The translations under genes were made by a program, and so were the position numbers. From Eledone cirrhosa (taxonomy: Eukaryota), in assembly GCA_964016885.1 (NCBI GenBank), contig CAXHJY010000973.1:310001-374000 (forward strand): 64,000 nucleotides of DNA, written 5' to 3'. Under the pieces are notes generated by a model. The model searched no databases and was not told the DNA's origin. It worked only from the letters and a program-made list of their open reading frames with translations. Below, piece by piece: positions 30,001 to 39,499 of the stretch. Each line of letters opens with the position of its first letter. The first letter of the stretch is position 1.

Positions 30001-33000
30001 AGGGCCCAGAACTATCTGGGGAGTCAGATGTGAGATGTGAGCTCCCAGAACTGTTTGGGGAGTCAGATGTGAGATGAGGGCCCAGAACTGTCTGGGGAGT
30101 CAGATGTGAGATGTGAGGGCCCAGAACTGTCTAGGGAGTCAGATGTGAGATGTTAGGGCCCAGAACTGTCTGGGGAGTCAGATGTGAGATGTGAGGGCAC
30201 AGAACTGTCTGGGGAGTCAGATGTGAGGTGTGAGCTCCCAGAACTGTCTGGGGAGTCAGATGTGAGATGTGAGCTCCCAGAACTGTCTAGGGAGTCTGTG
30301 AGATGTGAGGGCCCAGAACTGTCTCGGGAATCAATGTGAGATGTTAGGGCCCAGAACTATCTAGCGAGTCAGATGTGAGATGTGAGGGCCCAGAACTGTC
30401 GAGGGAGTCAGATGTGAGAAGTGAGGGCCCAGAACTGTCTAGGGAGTCAGGTGTGAGATGTCAGGGCCTAGAACTGTCTGGGGAGTCAGATGTGAGATGT
30501 GAGCTCCCAGAACTGTCTAGGGGGTTAGATGTGAGGGCCCAGAACTGTCTGGGGAGTCAGATGTGAGATGTGAGCTCCCAGAACTATCTGGGGAGTCAGA
30601 TGTGAGATGTGAGCTCCCAGAACTGTTTGGGGAGTCAGATGTGAGATCCCAGAACTGTCTAGGGAGTCAGATGTGAGATGTGAGCTCCCAGAACTGTCTA
30701 GGGAGTCAGATGTGAGATGTGAGGGCACAGAACTATCTGGGGAGTCAGATGTGAGATGTGAGCTCCCAGAACTGTCTAGGGAGTCAGATGTGAGATGTGA
30801 GGGCCCAGAACTGTCTAGGGAGTCACATGTGAGATGTGAGCTCCCAGAACTGTCTGGGGAGTCAGGTTGAGCTCCCAGAACTGTCTAGGGAGTCAGATGT
30901 GAGATGTGAGGGCACAGAACTGTCTGGGGAGTCAGATGTGAGATGTGAGCTCCCAGAACTGTCTAGGGAGTCAGATGTGAGATGTGAGGGCCCAGAACTG
31001 TCTAGGGAGTCACATGTGAGATGTGAGCTCCCAGAACTGTCTGGGGAGTCAGGTTGAGCTCCCAGAACTGTCTAGGGAGTCAGATGTGAGATGTGAGGGC
31101 CCAGAACTGTCCGGGAAGTCAGATTTGAGATGTGAGGGCCCAGAACTGTCTGGGGAGTCAGGTTGAGCTCCCAGAACTGTCTAGGGAGTCAGATGTGAGA
31201 TGTGAGGGCCCAGAACTGTCCGGGAAGTCAGATTTGAGATGTGAGGGCCCAGAACTGTCTGGGGAGTCAGATGTGAGATGTGAGCTCCCAGCACTGTCTA
31301 GGGAGTCAGATGTGAGATGTGAGGGCCCAGAACTGTCCGGGAAGTCAGATGTGAGATGTGAGCTCCCAGAACTGTCTAGGGAGTCAGTTGTGAGATGTGA
31401 GAGCCCAGAACTGTCTAGGGAGTCAGATGTGAGATGTTAGGGCCCAGAACTGTCTGGGGAGTCAGATGTGAGATGTGAGCTCCCAGAACTGTCTGGGGAG
31501 TCAGATGTGAGATGTGAGGGCCCAGAACTGTCTAGGGAGTCAGATGTGAGATGTTAGGGCCCAGAACTGTCTGGGGAGTCAGATGTGAGATGTGTGGGCC
31601 CAGAACTATCTGGGGAGTCAGATGTGAGATGTGAGGGCCCAGAACTGTCTGGGGAGTCAGATGTGAGATGTGAGCTCGCAGAACTATCTGGGGAGTCAGA
31701 TGTGAGATGTGAGCTCCCAGAACTGTTTGGGGAGTCAGATGTGAGATGTGAGCTCGCAGAACTATCTGGGGAGTCAGATGTGAGATGTGAGGGCCCAGAA
31801 CTGTCTGGGGAGTCAGATGTGAGATGTGAGCTCCCAGAACTATCTGGGGAGTCAGATGTGAGATGTGAGCTCCCAGAACTGTTTGGGGAGTCAGATGTGA
31901 GATGTGAGCTCCCAGAACTGTCTAGGGAGTCAGATGTGAGATGAGGGCCCAGAACTGTCTGGGGAGTCAGATGTGAGATGTGAGGGCCCAGAACTATCTG
32001 TGGAGTCAGATGTGAGATGTGAGGGCCCAGAACTGTCTGGGGAGTCAGATGTGAGATGTGAGCTCCCAGAACTGTCTAGGGAGTCAGATGTGAGATGTGA
32101 GGGCCCAGAACTGTCTAGGGAGTCAGATGTGAATGTGAGGGCCCAGAACTGTCTAGGGAGTCAGATGTGAGATGTTAGGGCCCAGAACTGTCTAGGGAGT
32201 CACATGTGAGATGTGAGCTCCCAGAACTGTCTGGGGAGTCAGGTGTGAGCTCCCAGAACTGTCTAGGGAGTCAGATGTGAGATGTGAGGGCCCAGACCTG
32301 TCTGGGAAGTCAGATGTGAGATGCGAGGGCCCAGAACTGTCTAGGGAGTCAGATGTGAGATGTTAGGGCCCAGAACTGTCTGGGGAGTCAGATGTGAGAT
32401 GTGAGCTCCCAGAACTATCTGGGGAGTCAGATGTGAGATGTGAGGGCCCAGAACTATCTGGGGAGTCAGATGTGAGATGTGAGATCCCAGAACTGTTTGG
32501 GAAGTCAGATGTGAGATGTGAGCTCCCAGAACTGTCTAGGGAGTCAGATGTGAGATGAGGGCCCAGAACTGTCTGGGAAGTCAGATGTGAGATGTGAGGG
32601 CCCAGAACTGTCTAGGGAGTCAGATGTGAGATGTTAGGGCCCAGAACTGTCTGGGGAGTCAGATGTGAGATGTGAGCTCCCAGAACTGTCTAGGGAGTCT
32701 GTGAGATGTGAGGGCCCAGAACTGTCTAGGGAATCAGATGTGAGATGTTAGGGCCCAGAACTGTCTGGGGAGTCAGATGTGAGCTCCCAGAACTGTCTAG
32801 GGAGTCAGATGTGAGATGTGAGCTCCCAGTACTATCTAGGGAGTCAGATGTGAGATGTGAGGGCCCAGAACTGTCTGGGGAGTCAGATGTCAGATGAGGG
32901 CCCAGAACTGTCTGGGGAGTCAGATGTGAGATGTGAGGGCCCAGAACTGTCTAGGGAATCAGATGTGAGATGTTAGGGCCCAGAACTGTCTGGGGAGTCA

Positions 33001-33306
33001 GATGTGAGATGTGAGGGCCCAGAACTATCTGGGGAGTCTGATGTGAGATGTGAGGGCCCAGAGCTGTCTGGGGAGTCAGATGTGAGGGCCCAGAACTGTC
33101 TAGGGAGTCAGATGTGAGATGTGAGCTCCCAGAACTGTCTAGGGAGTCAGATGTGAGATGTGAGCTCCCAGCACCGTCTAGGGAGTCAGATGTGAGATGT
33201 GAGGGCCCAGAACTGTCTGGGGAATCAGATGTGAGATGTGAGCTCCCAGAACTGTCTGGGGAGTCAGATGTGAGATGTGAGGGACCAGAACTGTCTGGGG
33301 AGTTAG
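1..33306. repeat. 39-bp tandem satellite (consensus GATGTGAGATGTGAGGGCCCAGAACTGTCTAGGGAGTCA), roughly 850-880 units, runs off the left edge
   Basis: Unit read directly. Common variants are GGGCCC/GCTCCC and CTAGGG/CTGGGG, plus 7-bp (GATGTGA), 2-bp and 1-bp deletions. All RCEGPELSRESDV-type ORFs are a by-product of the 13-codon period. Array ends at ...CTGTCTGGGGAGTTAG. Confidence 0.99.
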
Positions 33307-33349
33307 TAAACCTACATCAGTATTATCTTATAAACAGGAAAAGCAGACA

Positions 33350-33563
33350 TAATTCTTTAGTATTTACATTACTTTATATTTACTATTGTATTTTTACGGT
33401 AAAGTCTTTATCTCACATAATATCAAATCTACAAAGATTTTGATATTATTTATTTTGAGAACAATACCTTAACATAAGTATGAGCAGCCAGTTATGGGCT
33501 GTTTGAACAGAAAGATGTTAGAGAATTCTGACTGGATACAGCTGGTTTAAAAGACAAAATTAA
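33350..33563 (-). mobile_element. Degenerate ~200-bp MITE (TTAA-CCCTTTAG-type ends), unexpanded copy of the element at 50233-60158
   Basis: Reverse complement aligns with 50233-50440 (e.g. GTATTGTTCTCAAAATAAATAA, GATATTATGTGAG.TAAAGACTTTACC). Carries one copy of the 60/72-bp satellite unit. End TAATTCTTTAGTATTTA resembles TTAACCCTTTAGTATTTA. Confidence 0.8.
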
Positions 33564-33750
33564 CCTTGTCAGGATTTGAACAGCGACAACACAGAAGGAA
33601 TGTCTAATGTTGTAATGATGTTGCCAATTCCTTAACTTATTTTTAAAACTCTTGTCTTGAATAATTCTACCGCTCCCTCCCCCCAACTTATTCAATTTTT
33701 CAGATTTTTTTCCAGCTTGCTCATCTCCAGCAAAATGTTTCTTTAGACAT

Positions 33751-34227
33751 AACGAAGCTTGCATGCTCCGTTGGATGTGTAATAGTAATATATGTGAATG
33801 GCAAAGCATAAATGAATTAAGGGAGAAATTAGGAATAAGAGGGATCAGATGTTGTTTACTCGAGAGAAGACTACGTTGGTATGGTCACGTGATGCGCATG
33901 AAAGACGACAGCTGTATAAAAAAGTGCAGAGCGATAAAAATAGACGGTAGCAGACCCAGAAAAACCTGTAGTGTATGTATGACGTGTGTGTGTGTATATA
34001 TATGTGTAGGTATATATATATATATATAGCCGTGTAACACGGTAAAAACCTCCCAGTCCACACTGTAAATGTGGTTGGTGTTAGGAAGGGCATCCAGCCA
34101 TAGAAAACCTGCCAGACAGTCCTATACGAGCGAGACATGGTCTCCCGACTAATCTTGCCTCAAGAGAGACAATTCCCGTCTAACCCATGCTAGCATGGAA
34201 GATGGACGTTAAACGATGATGATGATT
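33751..34227 (+). mobile_element. 5'-truncated RTE-clade LINE 3' fragment (same family as 53873-58028), internally deleted
   Basis: Peptide MLRWMCNSNICEWQSINELREKLGIRGIRCCLLERRLRWYGHVMRM, family 3' UTR and GGACGTTAAACGATGATGAT tail. Confidence 0.92.
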
Positions 34228-34432
34228 ATAAAACATTATACATAACGAAAAAAAAGTACATTACTAGAAATCCCATATGTTATCAAATAAATAGGATGGG
34301 TTGGGGGTCCCTATATGTAAACTAAACGATTAATTCTCGTTTTTTAAAAAACATCAACAGAGACAACCCCCAATTATTATTTGGGATCCGAGAGTAGTTG
34401 GTGTCATTAAAAGAATGAGAAGAACTTCTTAC

Positions 34433-34517
34433 TTATTAGGTGTACGTGATGACCTTTGTAGGACCAATTCTGTTAGTGATACAACGTTCTCACCATCTCC
34501 AATATGGTTGTTATTGA
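34433..34517 (-). CDS. NCAPH: NCAPH exon (last seen in window), (V)NNNHIGDGENVVSLTELVLQRSSRTPN, phase 1 to phase 2
   Basis: Acceptor TTTTCTCTGTTTTCAG and donor GTAAGA. 85 nt, open in the phase left by the previous exon. Weak sequence conservation, so supported mainly by splice signals and phase. Confidence 0.72.
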
Positions 34518-34749
34518 CTGAAAACAGAGAAAATATATATAATACTTGGTGTTACCCTATATGTCATATATATAGAGAGGCAGAGTGGGTGGTGTTACCC
34601 CATATGTCATATATATAGAGAGAGAGAGTGTGTGTGTGTATCAGTGTGTACATGATACAGATACATACTGTATTATATGTGAGTGAAACAGTGAATTATT
34701 GTATGGGACACAGGCAGTGTATTATATGACACACAGACACACAGCCACA

Positions 34750-37182
34750 ACAATGCTATGCAGGCATTTTCACTGAAGACCAGAGTGTACCGTCTCCACC
34801 ACCTATGACACCGGATTCTATTACAACTATGGAATTTACACCTGCAATGCTGCGACGTTACCTTAAAAATAAACGCAACCATGCCTCTCCTGGTCTTGAT
34901 GGTGTTACGTACCTGCTTCTTAAACGTGGTGGCTACTTCCTTCTGCACCAGCTATCACGCTTCTTCCAATTCTGTCTGAACAACGGTGCTACTCCAGAAC
35001 AGTGGAAAACTGCCAGCGTCATTCCTCTGTTCAAAAAGGGTGACTGCACGTCGCCTGTCAACTATCGTCCAGTCAGTCTTACTAGCTGCATTGCCAAACT
35101 GATGGAATCTTGTGTCAGAGAAACACTTTGGAACTTCTGGAACTCTGACAGTCTTATCCGGCCCTTGCAATTTGGATTGATCCCTAACTCCAGCTGCTGT
35201 GATCAGTTTATCGAATTCCTTGAAGACATCGCCCGGATCACTGATGGCGGCTCATGGGTGGATGTTGTTTACCTTGACTTTGCTAAAGCTTTCAATTCTG
35301 TGCCACACAAAAGACTTAAAGCAAAACTCTCTGCAATGGGTGTGAAGGATGATCTTTTTAACTGGTTGAAATCCTTCATTCTCAGCCGAAAAGAGGTAAT
35401 CATGGTTCTGGGACAGCATCCTTCACCCTATGAGATGTCATCTGGTGTACCACAGGGATATGTTCTTGGCCCCCTTTTGTTTGTGGCATATATTAATGAC
35501 ATAGATGCCAACTTAAAGAATGCCACAGTACTAAAGTATGCAGATGACATCAAGCTGTACCTTGAGATAAAAAGGACAGATCCTGAACACTATAGATCTT
35601 GCCTGCTATCTCACCTGGACACAATGCAACAATGGATCACAGACTGGCAACACAAGCTAGCTGTGGACAAGAGCACCACCATGCATTTTGGGAGTAAAAA
35701 CCCAGCATCCATATACTCCCACTACAGCACTACTATCAAGAAGTCTTCTTGTGAATGTGACCTGGGTATTACGGTCAGCAGTGATTTGCATTGGACGAAG
35801 CAGCATCAGTTGTTAGCTGTCGAGACACTGCATCCTTTAAAACCCCCATGGAACAAACTACCTGCCTCAGTTGTTAACTGTCGAGACATTGCATCCTTTA
35901 AAACCTCCATGGAACAAACTACCTGCATCAGTTGTTAGCTGCTGAGACACTGCATCCTTTAAAACCTCCATGGAACAAACTACCTGCATCAGTTGTTAGC
36001 TGTCGAGACACTACATCCTTTAAAACCTCCATGGAACAAACTGCCTACATCAGTTGTTAACTGTCGAGACATTGCATCCTTTAAAACCTCCATGGAACAA
36101 ACTACCTTCATCAGTTGTTAGCTGTCGAGACACTGCATCCTTTAAAACCTCCATGGAACAAACTACCTTCATCAGTTGTTAGCTGTCGAGACACTGCATC
36201 CTTTAAAACCTCCATGGAACAAACTGCCTACATCAGTTGTTAACTGTCGAGACATTGCATCCTTTAAAACCTCCATGGAACAAACTACCTGCATCAGTTG
36301 TTAGCTGCTGAGACACTGCATCCTTTAAAACCTCCATGGAACAAACTACCTGCATCAGTTGTTAGCTGTCGAGACACTGCATCCTTTAAAACCCCCATGG
36401 AACAAACTACCTGCATCAGTTGTTAGCTGTCGAGACACTACATCCTTTAAAACCTCCATGGAACAAACTGCCTACATCAGTTGTTAACTGTCGAGACATT
36501 GCATCCTTTAAAACCTCCATGGAACAAACTACCTGCATCAGTTGTTAGCTGCTGAGACACTGCATCCTTTAAAACCTCCATGGAACAAACTGCCTACATC
36601 AGTTGTTAGCTGTCGAGACATTGCATCCTTTAAAACCTCCATGGAACAAACTACCAGCATCAGTTGTTAGCTGTCGAGACACTGCATCCTTTAAACCCTC
36701 CATGGAACAAACTCCCTGCATCAGTTGTTAGCTGTCGAGACACTGCATCCTTTAAAACCTCCATGGAACAAACTACCTGCATCAGTTGTTAGCTGTCGAG
36801 ACACTGCATCCTTTAAAACCTCCATGGAACAAACTACCTGCATCAGTTGTTAGCTGTCGAGACACTGCATCCTTTAAAACCTCCATGGAACAAACTACCT
36901 GCATCAGTTGTTAGCTGTCGAGACACTGCATCCTTTAAAACCTCCATGGAACAAACTCCCTGCATCAGTTGTTAGCTGTCGAGACACTGCATCCTTTAAA
37001 ACCTCCATGCTTCCTGAGATCCGCCAACACTACACCTAATATTCCTCCTCCATACACACACACACATGTATATCATGATTCGTACACTGTTCACTTCCCT
37101 GACATTTGTATATTATTCTATGTACTATACATGCACCTTTGACGAGTTGTAGTGCACCTGAGCACTTACATTATTATATTAT
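34750..37182 (+). mobile_element. 5'-truncated CR1/L2-group LINE: RT fragment, internal deletion, 61-bp array, 3' UTR
   Basis: ORF 34805-35938 has SPGLDG, NYRPVSLTS, YLDFAKAFNSVPH, GVPQGYVLGPLLF, YADD, DLGI. It then jumps to the C-terminal WNKLPASVV motif. 3' UTR ends GTGCACCTGAGCAC..(ATT)n. Confidence 0.92.
35803..37009 (+). repeat. 61-bp tandem array (~20 units) formed from the CR1 ORF2 C-terminal segment
   Basis: Unit CATGGAACAAACTACCTGCATCAGTTGTTAGCTGTCGAGACACTGCATCCTTTAAAACCTC encodes WNKLPASVVSCRDTASFKTSM and runs directly into the LINE 3' end. Confidence 0.97.
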
Positions 37183-37186
37183 TTAA

Positions 37187-37510
37187 CAGACACATCAGCA
37201 GCCACAGACACACAGCCTCACACACCATCAGATACACACACACACACTACATCCTCAGACACACCCACACAACCACATCCTTAGACACACAGCCACACAC
37301 TACCACATCCTCAGACACACAGCCACACACCATCAGACACAGCCACACACACCATCAAACACACAACCACATCCTCAGACACACAGCCACACACCATCAG
37401 ACACAGCCACACACACCATCAGACACACAACCACATCCTCAGACACACAGCCACACACACCATCAGACACACAGCCTCACACACCATTAGACACAGCCAC
37501 ACACAGCCTC
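37187..37510. repeat. CA-rich degenerate minisatellite (CAGACACACAGCCACAC-like)
   Basis: Recurrent ACACAGCCACAC / CATCAGACAC motifs. Confidence 0.85.
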
Positions 37511-37526
37511 ATCATCAAACACTAAC

Positions 37527-37668
37527 CAACATCAACAGTGTCGCCATCTAAGTCATTGTTATCATCTCCAGAGTAATCATCATTTTCGTCGTCAAGTCCA
37601 TCGTTTGGAATAGTTTCCAGCTCAGCATCAACATCAAAGGCGTAATCAGGATCGGGGTTGTTCCTCAT
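37527..37668 (-). CDS. NCAPH: NCAPH exon MRNNPDPDYAFDVDAELETIPNDGLDDENDDYSGDDNNDLDGDTVDV, phase 0 to phase 1
   Basis: Acceptor TTTTTGCACTTTTAAAG and donor GTTAGT; 142 nt. AFDVDAE resembles the FDINAE motif and following acidic tract of vertebrate CAP-H as I recall it. Confidence 0.85.
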
Positions 37669-37740
37669 CTTTAAAAGTGCAAAAATATCAATAACAGGTA
37701 GCTACATGTAGAGTTTACAGACAGATATATATATACTAGA

Positions 37741-37966
37741 CAGGTATATAATATACAGGTATATATAATATACAGGTATATATAATATACAGGTATATAT
37801 AATATACAGGTATATATAATATACAGGTATATATAATATACAGGTATATATAATATACAGGTATATAATATACAGGTATATATAATATACAGGTATATAT
37901 AATATACAGGTATATATAATATACAGGGATATAATATACAGGTATATATAATATACAGGTATATAA
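37741..37966. repeat. 17-bp (15-bp variant) AT-rich minisatellite CAGGTATATATAATATA, ~14 units
   Basis: CAGG recurs at 37741, 37756, 37773, 37790, 37807 and onward. Confidence 0.95.
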
Positions 37967-38150
37967 TTGTTTCTACTTTATACACAAGGCCAGCAATTAT
38001 CACAGTGTATTACTGGTACTTTATTTTATTGACCCTGTAAGGATGAAAGGCAAGTTTAACCTCGGCTGGATTTGAATTCAGATCATAAAGGGTTGCAACT
38101 CTGTGCTGCAAAGCATGGCGTCCGACCCTCTACCGATACTGCCAATCCAT
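37966..38150 (-). mobile_element. tRNA-derived SINE (same family as 48711-48894)
   Basis: Closely similar to 48711-48894. Minus strand has a Pol III A-box-like TGGCAGTATCGG, a B-box-like GAATTCAAATCC and the central GCCTTTCATCC...GGGTC..TAAAATAAAGTACC domain. Confidence 0.85.
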
Positions 38151-38159
38151 GTATATAAT

Positions 38160-38745
38160 ACACTGTTGTGATGTAGAACCCATTTTTCATCACCTGTAAC
38201 AATGTGCTGCAGAAATGATAGGTTATTATTCCTGGTTAGAAGACTGCTGTAGATGTTGGAACGTGTTCGGTTCTCAAGCGTAAGCTCATGTCGAACCCAG
38301 ATTCCCTGTTTGTATGTTTTCCCAATTTGCTTGAGATGTTTGTGGATAGTTGAACATGACACATTAAATCATGCACCAAATCTCTGGTGCTTTGACGTGG
38401 ACCCGATACAATAGTCTTATTCAAAAGGTCGTCATACAGAGTGAGGCTTGTTAGATATGTCACAATCTCCATCTTTAGATCTTTTAAACCACAGCTGACA
38501 AGAACTGGAGTGGTTTTGTTCTTTTCAAACTCATAGTCAGCAACAGTGAATATGTTGTTTCATTAAGTTCTTATCCTCCATGGGGTTAATTACCGGAATA
38601 ACTATGACATTGCTGAATAGAAGAAATGATATACTGAACTATTTCAAACAGATCCTGCCCATTTGACCTTGACCATTGACGTGATTGGATGATTCATATT
38701 CCACTGTTGTGAAAAAACACAATTACTTTCCGAACACCCAAATAT
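38160..38745 (-). mobile_element. Decayed mariner (Tc1/mariner) transposon, 5' half
   Basis: Frameshifted transposase with GIWVRHEL (WVPHEL motif) and IVTGDEKW (first catalytic Asp). TIR-like CAATTACTTTCCGAACACCCAAATA at ~38720-38745. Confidence 0.88.
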
Positions 38746-39082
38746 ATCAATTATAAGGTGATGATGGGTCGAGGAGGTCAGCATCTCGCTTATGTATGGT
38801 CTTACATTCTATTTAGCACATATATTCATATCTTGTTAGTCATTGTATAGGGACCTCAGCTTTTCACAAACAACAAAAACCTCTCTAAACTAGATTTGAA
38901 CTCAGAAGAAATGGAAGTCGAGCTTAAAACTCTTTCTCTCCAGATCCCGACTATAATCGTGACATTTCGCAGTGGAATCCAGCCTGTTGTTGTTGTGGTT
39001 TTGCTACGTCAGATCCCTCCTGTACTCCTCATGTTAAATATTCTGTGATTGGTTGAATCATTATAAACATTTCACTAGTCAG

Positions 39083-39260
39083 CTGACAGGGAACTAGTGT
39101 GAAAATATCTTAGTGTTGTTGGGAGAGGGGACCAGTGGTAGAGGACTTTGACAGCGGATTAGTGTTGTTGAGGGAGGGGATCAGTGGTGGTAGAGGACCC
39201 TGACAGGAAACTATTGTTGTCGAGGGAGGGGACCAGTGATGGTAGAGGACCCTGACAGGG
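39083..39260. repeat. Three degenerate ~51-bp tandem copies (GTGTTGTTGAGGGGAGGGGACCAGTGGTAGAGGACCCTGACAGG)
   Basis: Motif visible three times in succession. Confidence 0.8.
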
Positions 39261-39341
39261 AGGAAAGGGTTATGTTGAGGACTTATCTAGTCAGACATCT
39301 TCAGAACTAAATGGAGACAAAAATCAGAAATACAACTCTAC

Positions 39342-39430
39342 CTCGTCTTGCACGTTCCAGTCATTGAATTTGTAATCGGAGAGAGATGGACAAATCTGAC
39401 TATTTAGAAAGATACTTTGTTGAAGATGAG
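39342..39430 (-). CDS. NCAPH: NCAPH exon (A)HLQQSIFLNSQICPSLSDYKFNDWNVQDE, phase 1 to phase 0
   Basis: Acceptor CTCTTCTTTTGCAG and donor GTAGAG; 89 nt. Contains the conserved CAP-H QICPSL-x2-(F/Y)-x-F-x2-W motif. Confidence 0.93.
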
Positions 39431-39499
39431 CTGCAAAAGAAGAGGAGAGAGTTTCACTTTAGTTCAGACAGAAACAAATAGAAAAAGTGGAATGGGAAT

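Noticed and set aside
1-33306. Dozens of RCEGPELSRESDV / SHLTSDSLDSSGP ORFs as a repetitive protein gene
   Set aside because: The 39-bp period is 13 codons. Frequent TAG variants and 1-, 2- and 7-bp deletions break every frame, and most starts are GTG calls. No coding constraint is visible.
1-33306. CRISPR-like array (palindromic ~39-bp repeat)
   Set aside because: Units are head-to-tail with no unique spacers, there are no cas genes, and the context is a spliced eukaryotic gene.
33492-33809. 105-aa minus-strand ORF as the next NCAPH exon
   Set aside because: It spans an antisense RTE fragment, a decayed SINE and the MITE, and lacks the expected YSYF/WAGP motif.
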